Positions 1-9,481 of a stretch of 64,000 nt of DNA are shown here, piece after piece. Numbering within the stretch: position 1 is the first letter of the stretch; the number at the start of each line of letters is the position of its first letter. The position numbers and the translations under genes were made by a program. The stretch spans positions 22,253 through 86,252 of the forward strand of contig URLR01000002.1 of assembly GCA_900548815.1 (NCBI GenBank), given 5' to 3'. Under the pieces are notes generated by a model that was given only the letters and a program-made list of their open reading frames with translations, searched no databases and had not been told where the DNA came from. Source of the stretch: an uncultured Collinsella sp. (lineage in GTDB: Bacteria > Actinomycetota > Coriobacteriia > Coriobacteriales > Coriobacteriaceae).

Positions 1-1
1 T

Positions 2-31
2 AAAAAAAGGGACCGCAAGAAGCGGTCCCTT
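2..31 (-). terminator. Intrinsic terminator after tRNA-Pro
   Basis: AAGGGACCGC/GCGGTCCCTT stem with an A-run on the + strand, which is a U-run on the - strand transcript. Confidence 0.8.
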
Positions 32-40
32 CTCATGCTC

Positions 41-117
41 TGGTCGGGTTGACTGGATTTGAACCAGCGACCCCTGCGTCCCGAACGCAGTGCTCTACCA
101 AACTGAGCCACAACCCG
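41..117 (-). tRNA. tRNA-Pro(CGG)
   Basis: Reverse complement CGGGTTGTGGCTCAGTTTGGTAGAGCACTGCGTTCGGGACGCAGGGGTCGCTGGTTCAAATCCAGTCAACCCGACCA forms a cloverleaf with anticodon CGG and encoded CCA. Confidence 0.97.
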
Positions 118-166
118 TTAGCTCGACTATAGTAACAAAGATTTTCGCCGCGTGCTAGAGAAATTT

Positions 167-1063
167 TTATTTCTTTGGCGCGTCGATTTGAACCGTGTTG
201 GGAATAAGCTCAGTCGCGCAGGCCCACCAGCCATTTTGCTGGGCAGCTCCCGCAAGATGGGCTGCTGCAGCAACGGTATCGCAAATGGCAAACGAGCAAG
301 CACCCGAACCACACACGTCCACGGCAACGGTTCCCTCCTGTGCGCGCAGCCAGTCGAGAACTGCCTGGATCCGCGGCTCCATCTGCGCGGATATGACGCC
401 CAGATTGTTATGAACGAGCGCATATGCCGCCTCGGCATCGCCGGCGCGTAAGACAGAAGCAATCGCATCGGGTTTTTCCGCGGGCACCGGACTCTCATCA
501 AATCGTCGATACGCTTCAACCGTTGAAACGCTCGTCTCGTGCGGTTTGACCAATACGACAGGTGTCGCCAGAAGCACAGGATACTCAGTGGCCAGCACAT
601 CTCCCCCGCCGACGTAGAATGCGGGACTCGTGTGCAAAAAGAACGGCACGTCGGCGCCGATACCGCGAGCGATGTCATCGAGCGCGGGGTCGGCGCGGTC
701 GATACCCCACAGCTCGGCCAAGGCAACGATGACCGCAGCGGCATCCGTCGAGGGGCCTCCCAGGCCGGCGCACAGCGGGATACGCTTTTCGATCGTCACG
801 CACACGTTGGCATCGCGACCGTAACGCTCGGCCATAGCGATTGCCGCCCGATAGGCCGTATTTTTTTGCATGGGAAAATCGGATGCCGGAACCGTCTGGA
901 CGGTCAACGCCTGCGCCGGCGTGACCGTCACGGTATCGGCTAGACCGACGGCTGCCATCAGGGAATCGACCCTGTGATAGCCGCGGGCATCGCGCTCGGT
1001 ATGAACCCCCAGATAGAGGTTAATCTTTGCCGGCGCGGTAAGGATGAGGGACCGATCGGTCAC
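167..1063 (-). CDS. ispE: 4-diphosphocytidyl-2-C-methyl-D-erythritol kinase
   Basis: APAKINLYL, IEKRIPLCAGLGGPSTDAAA, IGADVPFF and GSGACSF GHMP-kinase motifs. Confidence 0.95.
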   Translation of the reverse strand: MTDRSLILTAPAKINLYLGVHTERDARGYHRVDSLMAAVGLADTVTVTPAQALTVQTVPASDFPMQKNTAYRAAIAMAERYGRDANVCVTIEKRIPLCAGLGGPSTDAAAVIVALAELWGIDRADPALDDIARGIGADVPFFLHTSPAFYVGGGDVLATEYPVLLATPVVLVKPHETSVSTVEAYRRFDESPVPAEKPDAIASVLRAGDAEAAYALVHNNLGVISAQMEPRIQAVLDWLRAQEGTVAVDVCGSGACSFAICDTVAAAAHLAGAAQQNGWWACATELIPNTVQIDAPKK

Positions 1064-1065
1064 CG

Positions 1066-1362
1066 TTAGTGCTCCTCGAGCTGGTTGCCGAGCGGGGTAA
1101 AGATATGTTCGCCGCTCTCGGGGTCGAACAGTTCGACCTGGCCGGTAAGGACATCGATGTACTGGTAGGACTGACGCGATTTGCGGCCGCGACGCTCGTC
1201 AACCTCAACGATAAAGACAGCGGGGTGGACGCTCTTGATGGTGCCCATGCGCTCGATGACGCGGGTACGGCCCATGTTGGCCTTAACCTTGACGCGATCG
1301 CCCACCATATCGGTCAGCTTCTCGTGGATGTCGTCGACGTGATTGACTTCCATCTCTTCCAT
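1066..1362 (-). CDS. veg: Veg family protein
   Basis: VKANMGRTRVIERMG...HPAVFIVEV...SYQYIDVLT; start chosen at the ATG preceded by GGAGG; veg-ispE synteny. Confidence 0.9.
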   Translation of the reverse strand: MEEMEVNHVDDIHEKLTDMVGDRVKVKANMGRTRVIERMGTIKSVHPAVFIVEVDERRGRKSRQSYQYIDVLTGQVELFDPESGEHIFTPLGNQLEEH

Positions 1363-1492
1363 GAATAGGGCCTCCAGAGGGTGCAATTCAAAAAGGGGAT
1401 AATACCCCTAAGATAGACAAAACTCTAATACTATAGCACCCTGCTGCAGCCATACGCAAGCAGCTAAAAAAGCTCCGTCCCAAATTGACTAC

Positions 1493-1939
1493 TTACAGAT
1501 TGTCTGTGTCCAGAACGATGGTGAACGGACCGTCGTTGACCAGGTCGACCTTCATATCGGCGCCAAAGATACCGTGCGCCACATGCTCAACGTCCTGAGC
1601 GACGAGTGTCAAAAAGTACTCGTAAAGTTCGTTAGCGACATCGGGCGCGCCGGCGTCCGTAAACGACGGACGGCGGCCGTGGCGGCAGTCGGCAAACAGC
1701 GTGAACTGCGACACCACGAGCACCTCGCCGTCGACATCCGCCAGCGCCAAGTTGGTCTTGCCGTTCTCGTCCTCGTTGATACGCAGCCCGCGGAGCTTGC
1801 CCCACAGCTTGTCGGCTTCGGCGCGTGTGTCGCCGTGGCCCACGCCCAGCAGCACCAGGTAGCCGCGTCCAATACGGCCCACGCACTCGCCGTCGACTGT
1901 CACGCTGGCGTTGAGCACGCGCTGCACCACCGCACGCAC
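1493..1939 (-). CDS. dtd: D-aminoacyl-tRNA deacylase
   Basis: MRAVVQRV, SQFTL, GRRPSF, FGADM, NDGPFT motifs. Confidence 0.96.
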   Translation of the reverse strand: MRAVVQRVLNASVTVDGECVGRIGRGYLVLLGVGHGDTRAEADKLWGKLRGLRINEDENGKTNLALADVDGEVLVVSQFTLFADCRHGRRPSFTDAGAPDVANELYEYFLTLVAQDVEHVAHGIFGADMKVDLVNDGPFTIVLDTDNL

Positions 1940-1942
1940 GGT

Positions 1943-2584
1943 CTACTCCTCGCCCGTCAGCTTGGCGGACAGATGCTCGAGCGCATGGAAACGATGGCTG
2001 ATGGCGTTCTTCTCGTCCGCCGTGAGCTCGGCCATGGTCTTGCCCGGCGTATCGACCGGCAGGAACAGCGGGTCGTAGCCAAAACCGTGTTCGCCGCGGC
2101 CCTCGTGCGCGACAACGCCTTCGCAGGCGCCCTCGCCATAGGTGACCAGGCCGTCCGTATCGATAAGCGCGACGACGCTCATAAAGCGCGCGGTACGGTC
2201 CTCGTCTGCCACGCCTTCCAGGTTAACGAGAAGCTTGGCGTTGTTGGCGGCATCGTCGCCATGCACGCCCGCATAGCGCGCACTATACACGCCCGGCTCG
2301 CCGTCCAACGCATCGACGACCAAGCCGGAGTCGTCGGCGATGGCCATAAGGCCCGTCTCCTCGACCGCAGCCTGCGCCTTGATGATGGCGTTCTCCAAAA
2401 ACGTCGTGCCGTTTTCCTCGGGGTCCTCAAAATCGCCCAGCTGGCCGAGCGCCACAAAGCGCACCTCGGGCATGACCTTGCCCAAAATGGCCTCGATCTC
2501 GGTGAGCTTATGGGCGTTGCCGGTTGCCACGACGATGGTCGCCGCCGGGTCGAGGGTGTCGATGTCAATCTTCTCAAGTGCCAT
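1943..2584 (-). CDS. rdgB: Non-canonical purine NTP pyrophosphatase (Ham1)
   Basis: ATGNAHK, ADDSGL, PGVYSARY, FGYDPLF, KNAISHR motifs. Confidence 0.95.
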   Translation of the reverse strand: MALEKIDIDTLDPAATIVVATGNAHKLTEIEAILGKVMPEVRFVALGQLGDFEDPEENGTTFLENAIIKAQAAVEETGLMAIADDSGLVVDALDGEPGVYSARYAGVHGDDAANNAKLLVNLEGVADEDRTARFMSVVALIDTDGLVTYGEGACEGVVAHEGRGEHGFGYDPLFLPVDTPGKTMAELTADEKNAISHRFHALEHLSAKLTGEE

Positions 2585-2680
2585 AGCTGGTCTCCTTTGT
2601 CTCTATAGCAATGCCGAGTTGTGGACGACGAGGACTTCGGCCTCTCTCCCGTCTCAATCAACGGCAGTCTTATACTTCGT

Positions 2681-2732
2681 CGTTTTCCCAGATAAAACCT
2701 GCCAAAATAAACCTGTCCCTTTTTGGCAGGTT
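2681..2732. repeat. REP-like hairpin repeat, copy 1
   Basis: CAGATAAAACCTGCCAAAATAAACCTGTCCCTTTTTGGCAGGTT; near-identical copies at 28331, 33206 (inverted) and 59658. Confidence 0.9.
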
Positions 2733-3456
2733 AGGCGAGGGCTTGGCGCTGAAGCTCGATGAGCTCGGCGATACCCTTATCGCCCAGGTCGAGCAGGGCG
2801 TTGAGACGCTTGCGGTCGAAGGGCGCCTGCTCGCCGGTACCCTGGAGTTCGATCATCTCACCAGAATCGGTGGCGACGAGGTTCATGTCGACCTCGGCGT
2901 GGCTGTCCTCGGAATAATCCAAGTCGAGCAGGGTGTTGCCGTCGACGACGCCCATGGAAATGGCGGCAACCTGGCCCGTGAGCGGGATGCGCTCGAGTTT
3001 GCCCGCCTCGACCCACATGGCAAGGGCGTCGTGCAGCGCCACCCAGGCGCCGGTAATGCTCGCCGTACGCGTGCCGCCATCGGCCTAGATCACATCGCAG
3101 TCGACGGTAACGGTGTACTCGCCGAGCGCCTTCATATTGACGACGGTACGCAGGCTGCGGCCGATAAGCCGCTCGATCTCCATGGAGCGGCCCTTGCGGT
3201 TGGCATGCTCGCGCTTGCAGCGTTTACCGGTCGAGGCCGGTAGCATCGCATATTCCGCCGTTACCCAGCCGGCCTTGGCGCCCTTGCGCCAACCAGGCAC
3301 ACCCTCCTCGATGGTGGCGGCGCACAGTACGCGCGTGTCGCCGAACTCAGCCAGGCACGAGCCGTGGGCGTGCTTCATGACGCCGCGGGTGAGCTTAACG
3401 GGGCGCAGCTCGTTGACGGCGCGGCCGTTGGCGCGGTTGACCTGCATGTATTCCAT
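2731..3456 (-). pseudogene. rph: Ribonuclease PH interrupted by an in-frame TAG at 3085-3087
   Basis: One continuous frame: [11 protein letters not shown]...[11 protein letters not shown]...[19 protein letters not shown]...DMNLV...ELQGTGE; the canonical motif is DCDVIQADGGTR. Confidence 0.85.
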
Positions 3457-3509
3457 GGAACTATCCTTTCGGCAAAAGATGTAGCGAAGCCTCCGGCGAC
3501 ATTGCGAGC

Positions 3510-4394
3510 CTAACCGAGTTCGTCGATATCGACATGCTCGATGCTTTTAAGCGGCTGGCCAAAGATAAAGCTACCCGCCACCGCAAACTCGGCAATGTTG
3601 TCAGACGTGGTGGCAAAGCGATGCTGTGGCTCGGCGGTATCGCCCGCTAGCTGCTCACGGCGCGTGAGGATATCGGTCAGCTCGCGGGTGGTCTCCTCGG
3701 CAGAGCTCACCACGCGCACCCCGGGTCCTAGCGCATGGCGGATGGGACCCACCAGCAGCGGGAAGTGCGTACAGCCGAGTACCACGGTATCGATGCCACG
3801 ATCGTGCAGCGGCTCGACTGTGGCGCCGACCAGCGCGCGAACGGCTGGCGTATCAAAAATATCCTCGTTCTCGAGCCACTGCTCCTGCAGATGCGCGCCC
3901 GAGGCGAGCTCGTGCTCGACGACCTCGACAAAGCTCGAAGCCGGGCAGCCATACACATCGACACCAGCATCCAAATCCTGGATGGCGCGCGTGTAGGCGC
4001 CCGAGCGAATGGTGAGGTTGGTGGCGAGCACGCCCACGCGACGCGTACGCGTGCTGTTGATGGCGGCGCGTGCGCCCGGGGCGATCACGCCGATCACGGG
4101 AACGTCAAGCACTTGCTGAGCCAAACGCAAGGCCGCGGCGGTCGCCGTGTTGCAGGCGATGACCATGATCTTAACGTCGTGCCTCGATAGCCAGCGGCCC
4201 GCCTGCAGCGCAAACGAGCGAACCTCGTCCTCGGTGCGGGTGCCATAAGGGCAGCGCTTAGTGTCACCGAAATAGTAGACGGACTCGTGCGGAAGTGCCG
4301 TTGCGATCGCTCGCGCGACCGTCAAGCCGCCCAAGCCCGAGTCGAACACGCCGATCGGACGCGTGTCCCCGGCCATATTATCGATATCGGACAT
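3510..4394 (-). CDS. murI: Glutamate racemase
   Basis: [28 protein letters not shown]; start is approximate. Confidence 0.95.
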   Translation of the reverse strand: MSDIDNMAGDTRPIGVFDSGLGGLTVARAIATALPHESVYYFGDTKRCPYGTRTEDEVRSFALQAGRWLSRHDVKIMVIACNTATAAALRLAQQVLDVPVIGVIAPGARAAINSTRTRRVGVLATNLTIRSGAYTRAIQDLDAGVDVYGCPASSFVEVVEHELASGAHLQEQWLENEDIFDTPAVRALVGATVEPLHDRGIDTVVLGCTHFPLLVGPIRHALGPGVRVVSSAEETTRELTDILTRREQLAGDTAEPQHRFATTSDNIAEFAVAGSFIFGQPLKSIEHVDIDELG

Positions 4395-4445
4395 TACCTC
4401 ACCAGATTCTCTCTCGAAAAATGCGACCACTCGTGATGCGTCGCG

Positions 4446-5357
4446 CTACGAACGGGCTGCGACCAGCAGCTCGGCCGTTGCCACCCAACCGTCGACAATC
4501 TTGCCGCGCGTAATATAGGCATTGTCGCAGGCGTCCAAGAACTCCGGGGCACCGGCGCTCGTCAGACCGTTCTCGACCAGGCAGAACATGCCAACATGGT
4601 CGGCCATGTAGAAGTCGGACTCGGAGTCGCCGAGCGCAAGCGTCTCCTCGCGCTCGATCCCCAGGTGCTCGCAGAAGCGCGCAATGGCAACGCCTTTGTT
4701 GAGACCCGCCGGATTGATGTTGAAGGCGCGGCCGTCCTCGACGCGATTAAGCTCGAGCGTCGTCGGCTTGGACAGGTGAGTCAGATGGCCGTTGCAAGCC
4801 CAGACCAGACCGCAGCCGGCCTCGTCCAGGATGGCCTGGACCTCATCGTCGGGCACATCGCCGCGCATGCCGACGGTGACCTCACGGTACTTGTAGCCGG
4901 TCGACATGTCGTTGTGGTATTCGATCTTGTGCGGCCAGCGGGCAAGGATCTTCTCGCACACACCGGTCTGCTCGATCACCTGGTGCGGCGTGAGACCGCA
5001 GGCGGGGTCGTAGGGCATGTCGCCCGTCAGGTACTCCCAGTCGTTGGCCTTGAGGTCGTACATGACCAGACCGCCCATCTCGCCGATGTAGGAGTTGAGA
5101 CCGAGCACGCGGGCGTCTTCGTGGATCATGGTGCGATTGCGACCCGAGGTGGGGACCACCTGGATGCCGGCACGGGCGAGCGCGACAACCGCCTCGACGA
5201 GCTTGGTCGAGGGATTGCCGTCGTTATCGCGCAGCACGCACGAGCCGGGGGCGAGCATTGTGGCGTCCAGATCGGTAAAGACATACTTGACCTTGGCAAG
5301 ACGCTCGCGCACCTCGCCCGAAAGCTCGGCAACGGTCGGCAGGATGTTGTGGGACAT
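4446..5357 (-). CDS. HAD superfamily (Cof-like, IIB) hydrolase
   Basis: FTDLDATML, TSGR, NKG, LGDSESD motifs. Confidence 0.85.
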   Translation of the reverse strand: MSHNILPTVAELSGEVRERLAKVKYVFTDLDATMLAPGSCVLRDNDGNPSTKLVEAVVALARAGIQVVPTSGRNRTMIHEDARVLGLNSYIGEMGGLVMYDLKANDWEYLTGDMPYDPACGLTPHQVIEQTGVCEKILARWPHKIEYHNDMSTGYKYREVTVGMRGDVPDDEVQAILDEAGCGLVWACNGHLTHLSKPTTLELNRVEDGRAFNINPAGLNKGVAIARFCEHLGIEREETLALGDSESDFYMADHVGMFCLVENGLTSAGAPEFLDACDNAYITRGKIVDGWVATAELLVAARS

Positions 5358-5387
5358 GGTCACTCCGTTTACATAGAAGGGGCTGGT

Positions 5388-6905
5388 CTAGGCGTCGTAC
5401 GCCGCAAGGGTGCGCTTGAGAATCGAACCGTCGCGCTCACAAGGCTCGGGTCCGTTCTTGCGCAGCATACACTCTTCCTCGCCCTTACCGGTCACGATGA
5501 CCACGGCAGGACGGACGGTTTCGCGCACGGCAGTCTCGATAGCGGCAACGCGATCAGTCACGATTTGCCAGTTATCATTTCCCTGCGCTTGAACGTTGCG
5601 CGCGATCTCGGCGCAGATATCCTCGACATCCTCGGGGCCGGGGTCATCCTCGGTAATCACGATTCGGTCGGCATACTTGCCAGCGGCGATGCCCATCGTG
5701 GTGCGTCGATCGACACCCTTACCGCCCGTAGCGCCAAATACAACCGCTAGCTCGCGCTCGGGATAGTTCTCGCGCAAGTCACGCAGGAGCGTCTCGAGGC
5801 TCATGCCGTTATGTGCAAAATCGACGATTCCCAGGATTTTGCCCGATACGGACGGATAGAGTTCCATGCGGCCAGGAACGAAGACGCCCTCAAAGCCATG
5901 GACGATACCCTCTTCGGAAATGCCCAGGGCCTCGGCGCAGGCAATAGCGGCAAGCGCATTGGAGACATTGAACTTAACCGGCGTGGGAATCACAATGTCA
6001 CGCGTAAAACGGGGCGTGCGCACCGTTGCCACCACGCCGCAGTCGCCATTGCGAATCGCCAGCGCAAGCACGTCGGCACGCTCGTCGGTCAGGGAGAACG
6101 TCACCGTACGTTCGCAACGAGATGCCGCCTCGAGCACGCGATCGACCTTATCCATATCGAGATTGACCACGGCAAAACGGCTCTGCAAGAAGATTTTGAG
6201 CTTGCTGGCAAAGTAATCCTCGAGCGTCGGATGCTCAATCGGCGAAATGTGATCCTCGCCGATATTGGTAAAGGCGCCGACTTCAAAGGCGACCTTGCCC
6301 GTGCGCTCGTATTTGAGGCCCTGGCTCGATGCCTCCATAACCAGCCACGGGGCACCCGCCTCCACAGCATGTGCGATGCGAGACTGCAGCAGGAAGGATT
6401 CGGGGGTCGTCAGCTTGGAAGGGCCCGTCTCGATGCCGTCGTCGAACTCAATGCCCGTATTAAGAGCGGGTCGATGACAGCCCGTAAGCTTGGCCTCGTT
6501 GGCGAGGATGCCGCGCAGATAAAAGCTGCAGGTCGACTTGCCCTTGGTGCCTGTAAAGGCGCAGACCTTCACCTTACCCGACGGGTGCCCATAAAAGGCA
6601 TCTGCCACCACGGCGAGCGTGCGACGAATATCGCTCACAATCACCGCGGGAAGATCAACATCGTAATCGACCTCGGAAACGTAGGCCACGGCGCCATCGG
6701 CGATTGCCGAAAGCAGGTACTCGCGCTTAAACGCACGGCCTTTGCAGACAAACAACGTGCCCGGACGCACCTGGCGCGAGTCATCAGTCGCAAACTCAAT
6801 GCGCTGGTCGCACGAAGCGCTCGGTCTGGAAACAACAAGGTCATCTTCCTCGAGCAACTCTATATAGCGCATCAGAGTTAGCTTCTCTTGTGTCGGACTC
6901 GACAT
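5388..6905 (-). CDS. murE: Mur ligase, MurE-type (UDP-MurNAc-dipeptide:diamino acid ligase)
   Basis: DSRQV, FTGTKGKST, LTTPES, MEASSQ, DHISPIEHPTLEDYFASK, VPGRME, VDFAHN, ITEDDP; start placed at MSSPTQ after the AGAGG SD. Confidence 0.85.
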   Translation of the reverse strand: MSSPTQEKLTLMRYIELLEEDDLVVSRPSASCDQRIEFATDDSRQVRPGTLFVCKGRAFKREYLLSAIADGAVAYVSEVDYDVDLPAVIVSDIRRTLAVVADAFYGHPSGKVKVCAFTGTKGKSTCSFYLRGILANEAKLTGCHRPALNTGIEFDDGIETGPSKLTTPESFLLQSRIAHAVEAGAPWLVMEASSQGLKYERTGKVAFEVGAFTNIGEDHISPIEHPTLEDYFASKLKIFLQSRFAVVNLDMDKVDRVLEAASRCERTVTFSLTDERADVLALAIRNGDCGVVATVRTPRFTRDIVIPTPVKFNVSNALAAIACAEALGISEEGIVHGFEGVFVPGRMELYPSVSGKILGIVDFAHNGMSLETLLRDLRENYPERELAVVFGATGGKGVDRRTTMGIAAGKYADRIVITEDDPGPEDVEDICAEIARNVQAQGNDNWQIVTDRVAAIETAVRETVRPAVVIVTGKGEEECMLRKNGPEPCERDGSILKRTLAAYDA

Positions 6906-7134
6906 ACAAAGACCTCTCTCGCTAAATTCAACCTTAAAGGGCAGAAGGCGTCCCGCGGCAGAAACGATGAAACATTCTGTATTATCAACCATCCTAATAT
7001 GCCACCTGACCTTGCGCGCATCACAGCCTTCTAAAAAATTGCATGGACTGTGCCGTGGTCTAATAAATGGCAACAGTGTTCACCCCGTGTAAAACCAAGG
7101 AAATCTGGGTGCTGTTCTTTAACATAGCGTTCGC

Positions 7135-7179
7135 AACCACGTCCCGCCGCTTCGCCTGAAGATCGGGACGTGGTTTTTT
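7135..7179 (+). terminator. Terminator-like hairpin in the murE/asnB intergenic region
   Basis: AACCACGTCCCG...CGGGACGTGGTT followed by TTTT. Confidence 0.55.
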
Positions 7180-7304
7180 CGGTTCGCTCGGCGCTTATGC
7201 CCTAACACGAAACAAAAGATTGGCATGATAGTAAAGATTATTTGACATCAGCTGCCGCAATCCTTGCGGCAGTACACCTGAGCCGTCAGCAGAAAGGATC
7301 TTGC

Positions 7305-9173
7305 ATGTGCGGTTTTGTCGGTTTTACCGGTACAGATGAACAGAGTGAGCTGGTTCTCACGGCCATGATGAATCGCATCATCCACCGTGGTCCCGATATG
7401 GGCGGCCAGCATATCGTCGACAACGTTGCCCTTGGTTTTCGTCGTCTTTCGATTCTCGATCTCTCCGAAGCTGGAGCCCAGCCCATGTCGAGCGACGACG
7501 GCAAGGTCACGATTGTCTTCAACGGAGAGATCTACAACTTCCAGGAGCTTCGTGCCGAGCTGGAGGCGGCCGGCTACGCCTTCCACTGCAACGCTGATAC
7601 CGAAGTCCTGGTACACGGTTACGAGGAGTGGGGCGAGGACCTGGTCAACCGTCTGCGCGGCATGTACGCGTTCGTGATTCACGACCAGAACAAGAACAAA
7701 CTCTTTGGTGCTCGTGACATCTTTGGTATCAAGCCGTTCTATTACTACCAGGCATCCGATGGCTCGCTGCTGTTTGGCTCCGAGATCAAGAGCTTCCTGG
7801 ACCATCCCAAGTTTGAGAAGGCTGTCAACCACGACGCGCTGCGCCCCTACCTGACGCTGCAGTTCCCCGCCACGGAGGAGACCTTCTTTAAGGGCGTGTT
7901 CAAGCTTGCCCCGGCGCATTGCTTTACGTATGACCTGACGACCAACACCATGGACATCAAGCGTTACTGGAGCTGTGACTTCACCGACGACAACTCCAAG
8001 ACCTTCGAGGAGTACGTGGACGAGTGCGACAAGGTCGTGCACGAAAGCGTCGCTGCGCACCGAATCGCCGATGTTAAGGTGGGCTCGTTCCTTTCTGGCG
8101 GTGTCGATTCCAGCTACATTGCCGCCTGTCTCATGCCCGACACCACGTATTCTGTCGGCTTTGATTACAAGAACTTCAACGAGACCAACTACGCTGCCGA
8201 GCTTTCCGACAAGCTGGGCATCAAGAACGTGCGCAAGATGATTACCGCCGACGAGTTCTTCGATGCATTGCCCGATATCCAGTATCACATGGACGAGCCG
8301 CAATCAAACCTGTCCAGCGTGCCTCTGTACTATCTGGCGCAGATGGCTTCCGAGGAGGTCACCGTCGTCCTTTCGGGCGAGGGTGCCGACGAGCTGTTTG
8401 CCGGCTACGAGTGGTACGAGGACACCCCCGAGATGCGCTCCTTTAAGAAGCGCGTGCCGCTCGGCGTACGTCGCGCCCTGGGCTCGCTCGTTCAGCATCT
8501 CCCCTACTTTAAGGGCCACAACTTCCTGACGAAATGCGCCGAGGTTCCCGAGCGCTGGTATGTGGGTCAGGCAAAGGTGTTCAATCCCTCCGAGGTCGAC
8601 GAGGTGCTCAAGCCCGCTTATGACACCGGCAAGAACGCCGCCGAAATGTGCGCCGAGTACTACAAGCAGGTTCCCGATTGCTGCGAGCTTTCTAAGAAGC
8701 AATACCTGGATATGAACATGTGGCTGCCGGGCGACATCTTGCTCAAGGCAGACAAGATGTGCATGGCGCATTCTCTGGAGCTTCGCGTCCCGTTCCTGGA
8801 CAAGAAGGTCATGGAGTTTGCCGAGCACATTCCCGCCAACTACCGTGTTAACGAAGAAGGCTGCAAGCTCGTTCTGCGTCACGCTGCCAACCGCACACTG
8901 CCCGACGAGTGGGCAACGCGCAAGAAGGTGGGCTTCCCCGTACCGGTCAAGTTCTGGCTGCGCGAGCAAAAGTACTACGACTACGTAAAGGAATACTTCA
9001 CCGCACCATGGGCTGCCGATTTCTTTGACACCGATGCGCTCATGAAACTGCTTGACGATCACTTTGAGGGTCGCGCGCTCAACCAGCGCAAGATCTATAC
9101 CACGCTGACGTTCCTCATCTGGTACAAGCGCTTCTTTATCGACGAGGACAAGGGCGCCGAAGTCGCCGCGTAA
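7305..9173 (+). CDS. asnB: Asparagine synthase (glutamine-hydrolysing) / AsnB-family amidotransferase
   Basis: N-terminal MCG, HRGPD, RRLSILDL, FNGEIYN, LSGGVDSS, SGEGADELF, RVPFLD; AGAAAGGA SD. Confidence 0.95.
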   Translation: MCGFVGFTGTDEQSELVLTAMMNRIIHRGPDMGGQHIVDNVALGFRRLSILDLSEAGAQPMSSDDGKVTIVFNGEIYNFQELRAELEAAGYAFHCNADTEVLVHGYEEWGEDLVNRLRGMYAFVIHDQNKNKLFGARDIFGIKPFYYYQASDGSLLFGSEIKSFLDHPKFEKAVNHDALRPYLTLQFPATEETFFKGVFKLAPAHCFTYDLTTNTMDIKRYWSCDFTDDNSKTFEEYVDECDKVVHESVAAHRIADVKVGSFLSGGVDSSYIAACLMPDTTYSVGFDYKNFNETNYAAELSDKLGIKNVRKMITADEFFDALPDIQYHMDEPQSNLSSVPLYYLAQMASEEVTVVLSGEGADELFAGYEWYEDTPEMRSFKKRVPLGVRRALGSLVQHLPYFKGHNFLTKCAEVPERWYVGQAKVFNPSEVDEVLKPAYDTGKNAAEMCAEYYKQVPDCCELSKKQYLDMNMWLPGDILLKADKMCMAHSLELRVPFLDKKVMEFAEHIPANYRVNEEGCKLVLRHAANRTLPDEWATRKKVGFPVPVKFWLREQKYYDYVKEYFTAPWAADFFDTDALMKLLDDHFEGRALNQRKIYTTLTFLIWYKRFFIDEDKGAEVAA

Positions 9174-9230
9174 GTTTCGTTATGAATTAGCGATGAACAG
9201 CACGGGGTTTCCGCTATACTCAATCCCTGC

Positions 9231-9306
9231 GGGCGATTGGCGCAACGGTTAGCGCAGGTGCTTTACACGCACAAGGCTGGGGGTTCGAATCCCTCATCGC
9301 CCACCA
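9231..9306 (+). tRNA. tRNA-Val(TAC)
   Basis: GGGCGATTGGCGCAACGGTTAGCGCAGGTGCTTTACACGCACAAGGCTGGGGGTTCGAATCCCTCATCGCCCACCA; TATACT -10 at 9215-9220. Confidence 0.96.
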
Positions 9307-9315
9307 CTTGATTGA

Positions 9316-9348
9316 AAAGGCTCCCAGCGATGGGGGCCTTTCCTTTTT
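9316..9348 (+). terminator. Terminator after tRNA-Val
   Basis: AAAGGCTCCCA/TGGGGGCCTTT stem followed by a T-run. Confidence 0.75.
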
Positions 9349-9481
9349 GGGCCCATCGCAGAGGGATTCGAACCCGCCAGGGTGCGGAGCCGAGGAGACG
9401 CGCAAGCGTTTTCCAGCGCAGCACGCGAGGGCCGCAGGCCCGAAGCGAAAGCGGGCGGCGAAATGGACCCTTGGCGAATAC

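Noticed and set aside
9281..9375. Prophage or island att site at tRNA-Val
   Set aside because: The duplication is inverted, not direct; no integrase or distal direct repeat was seen.
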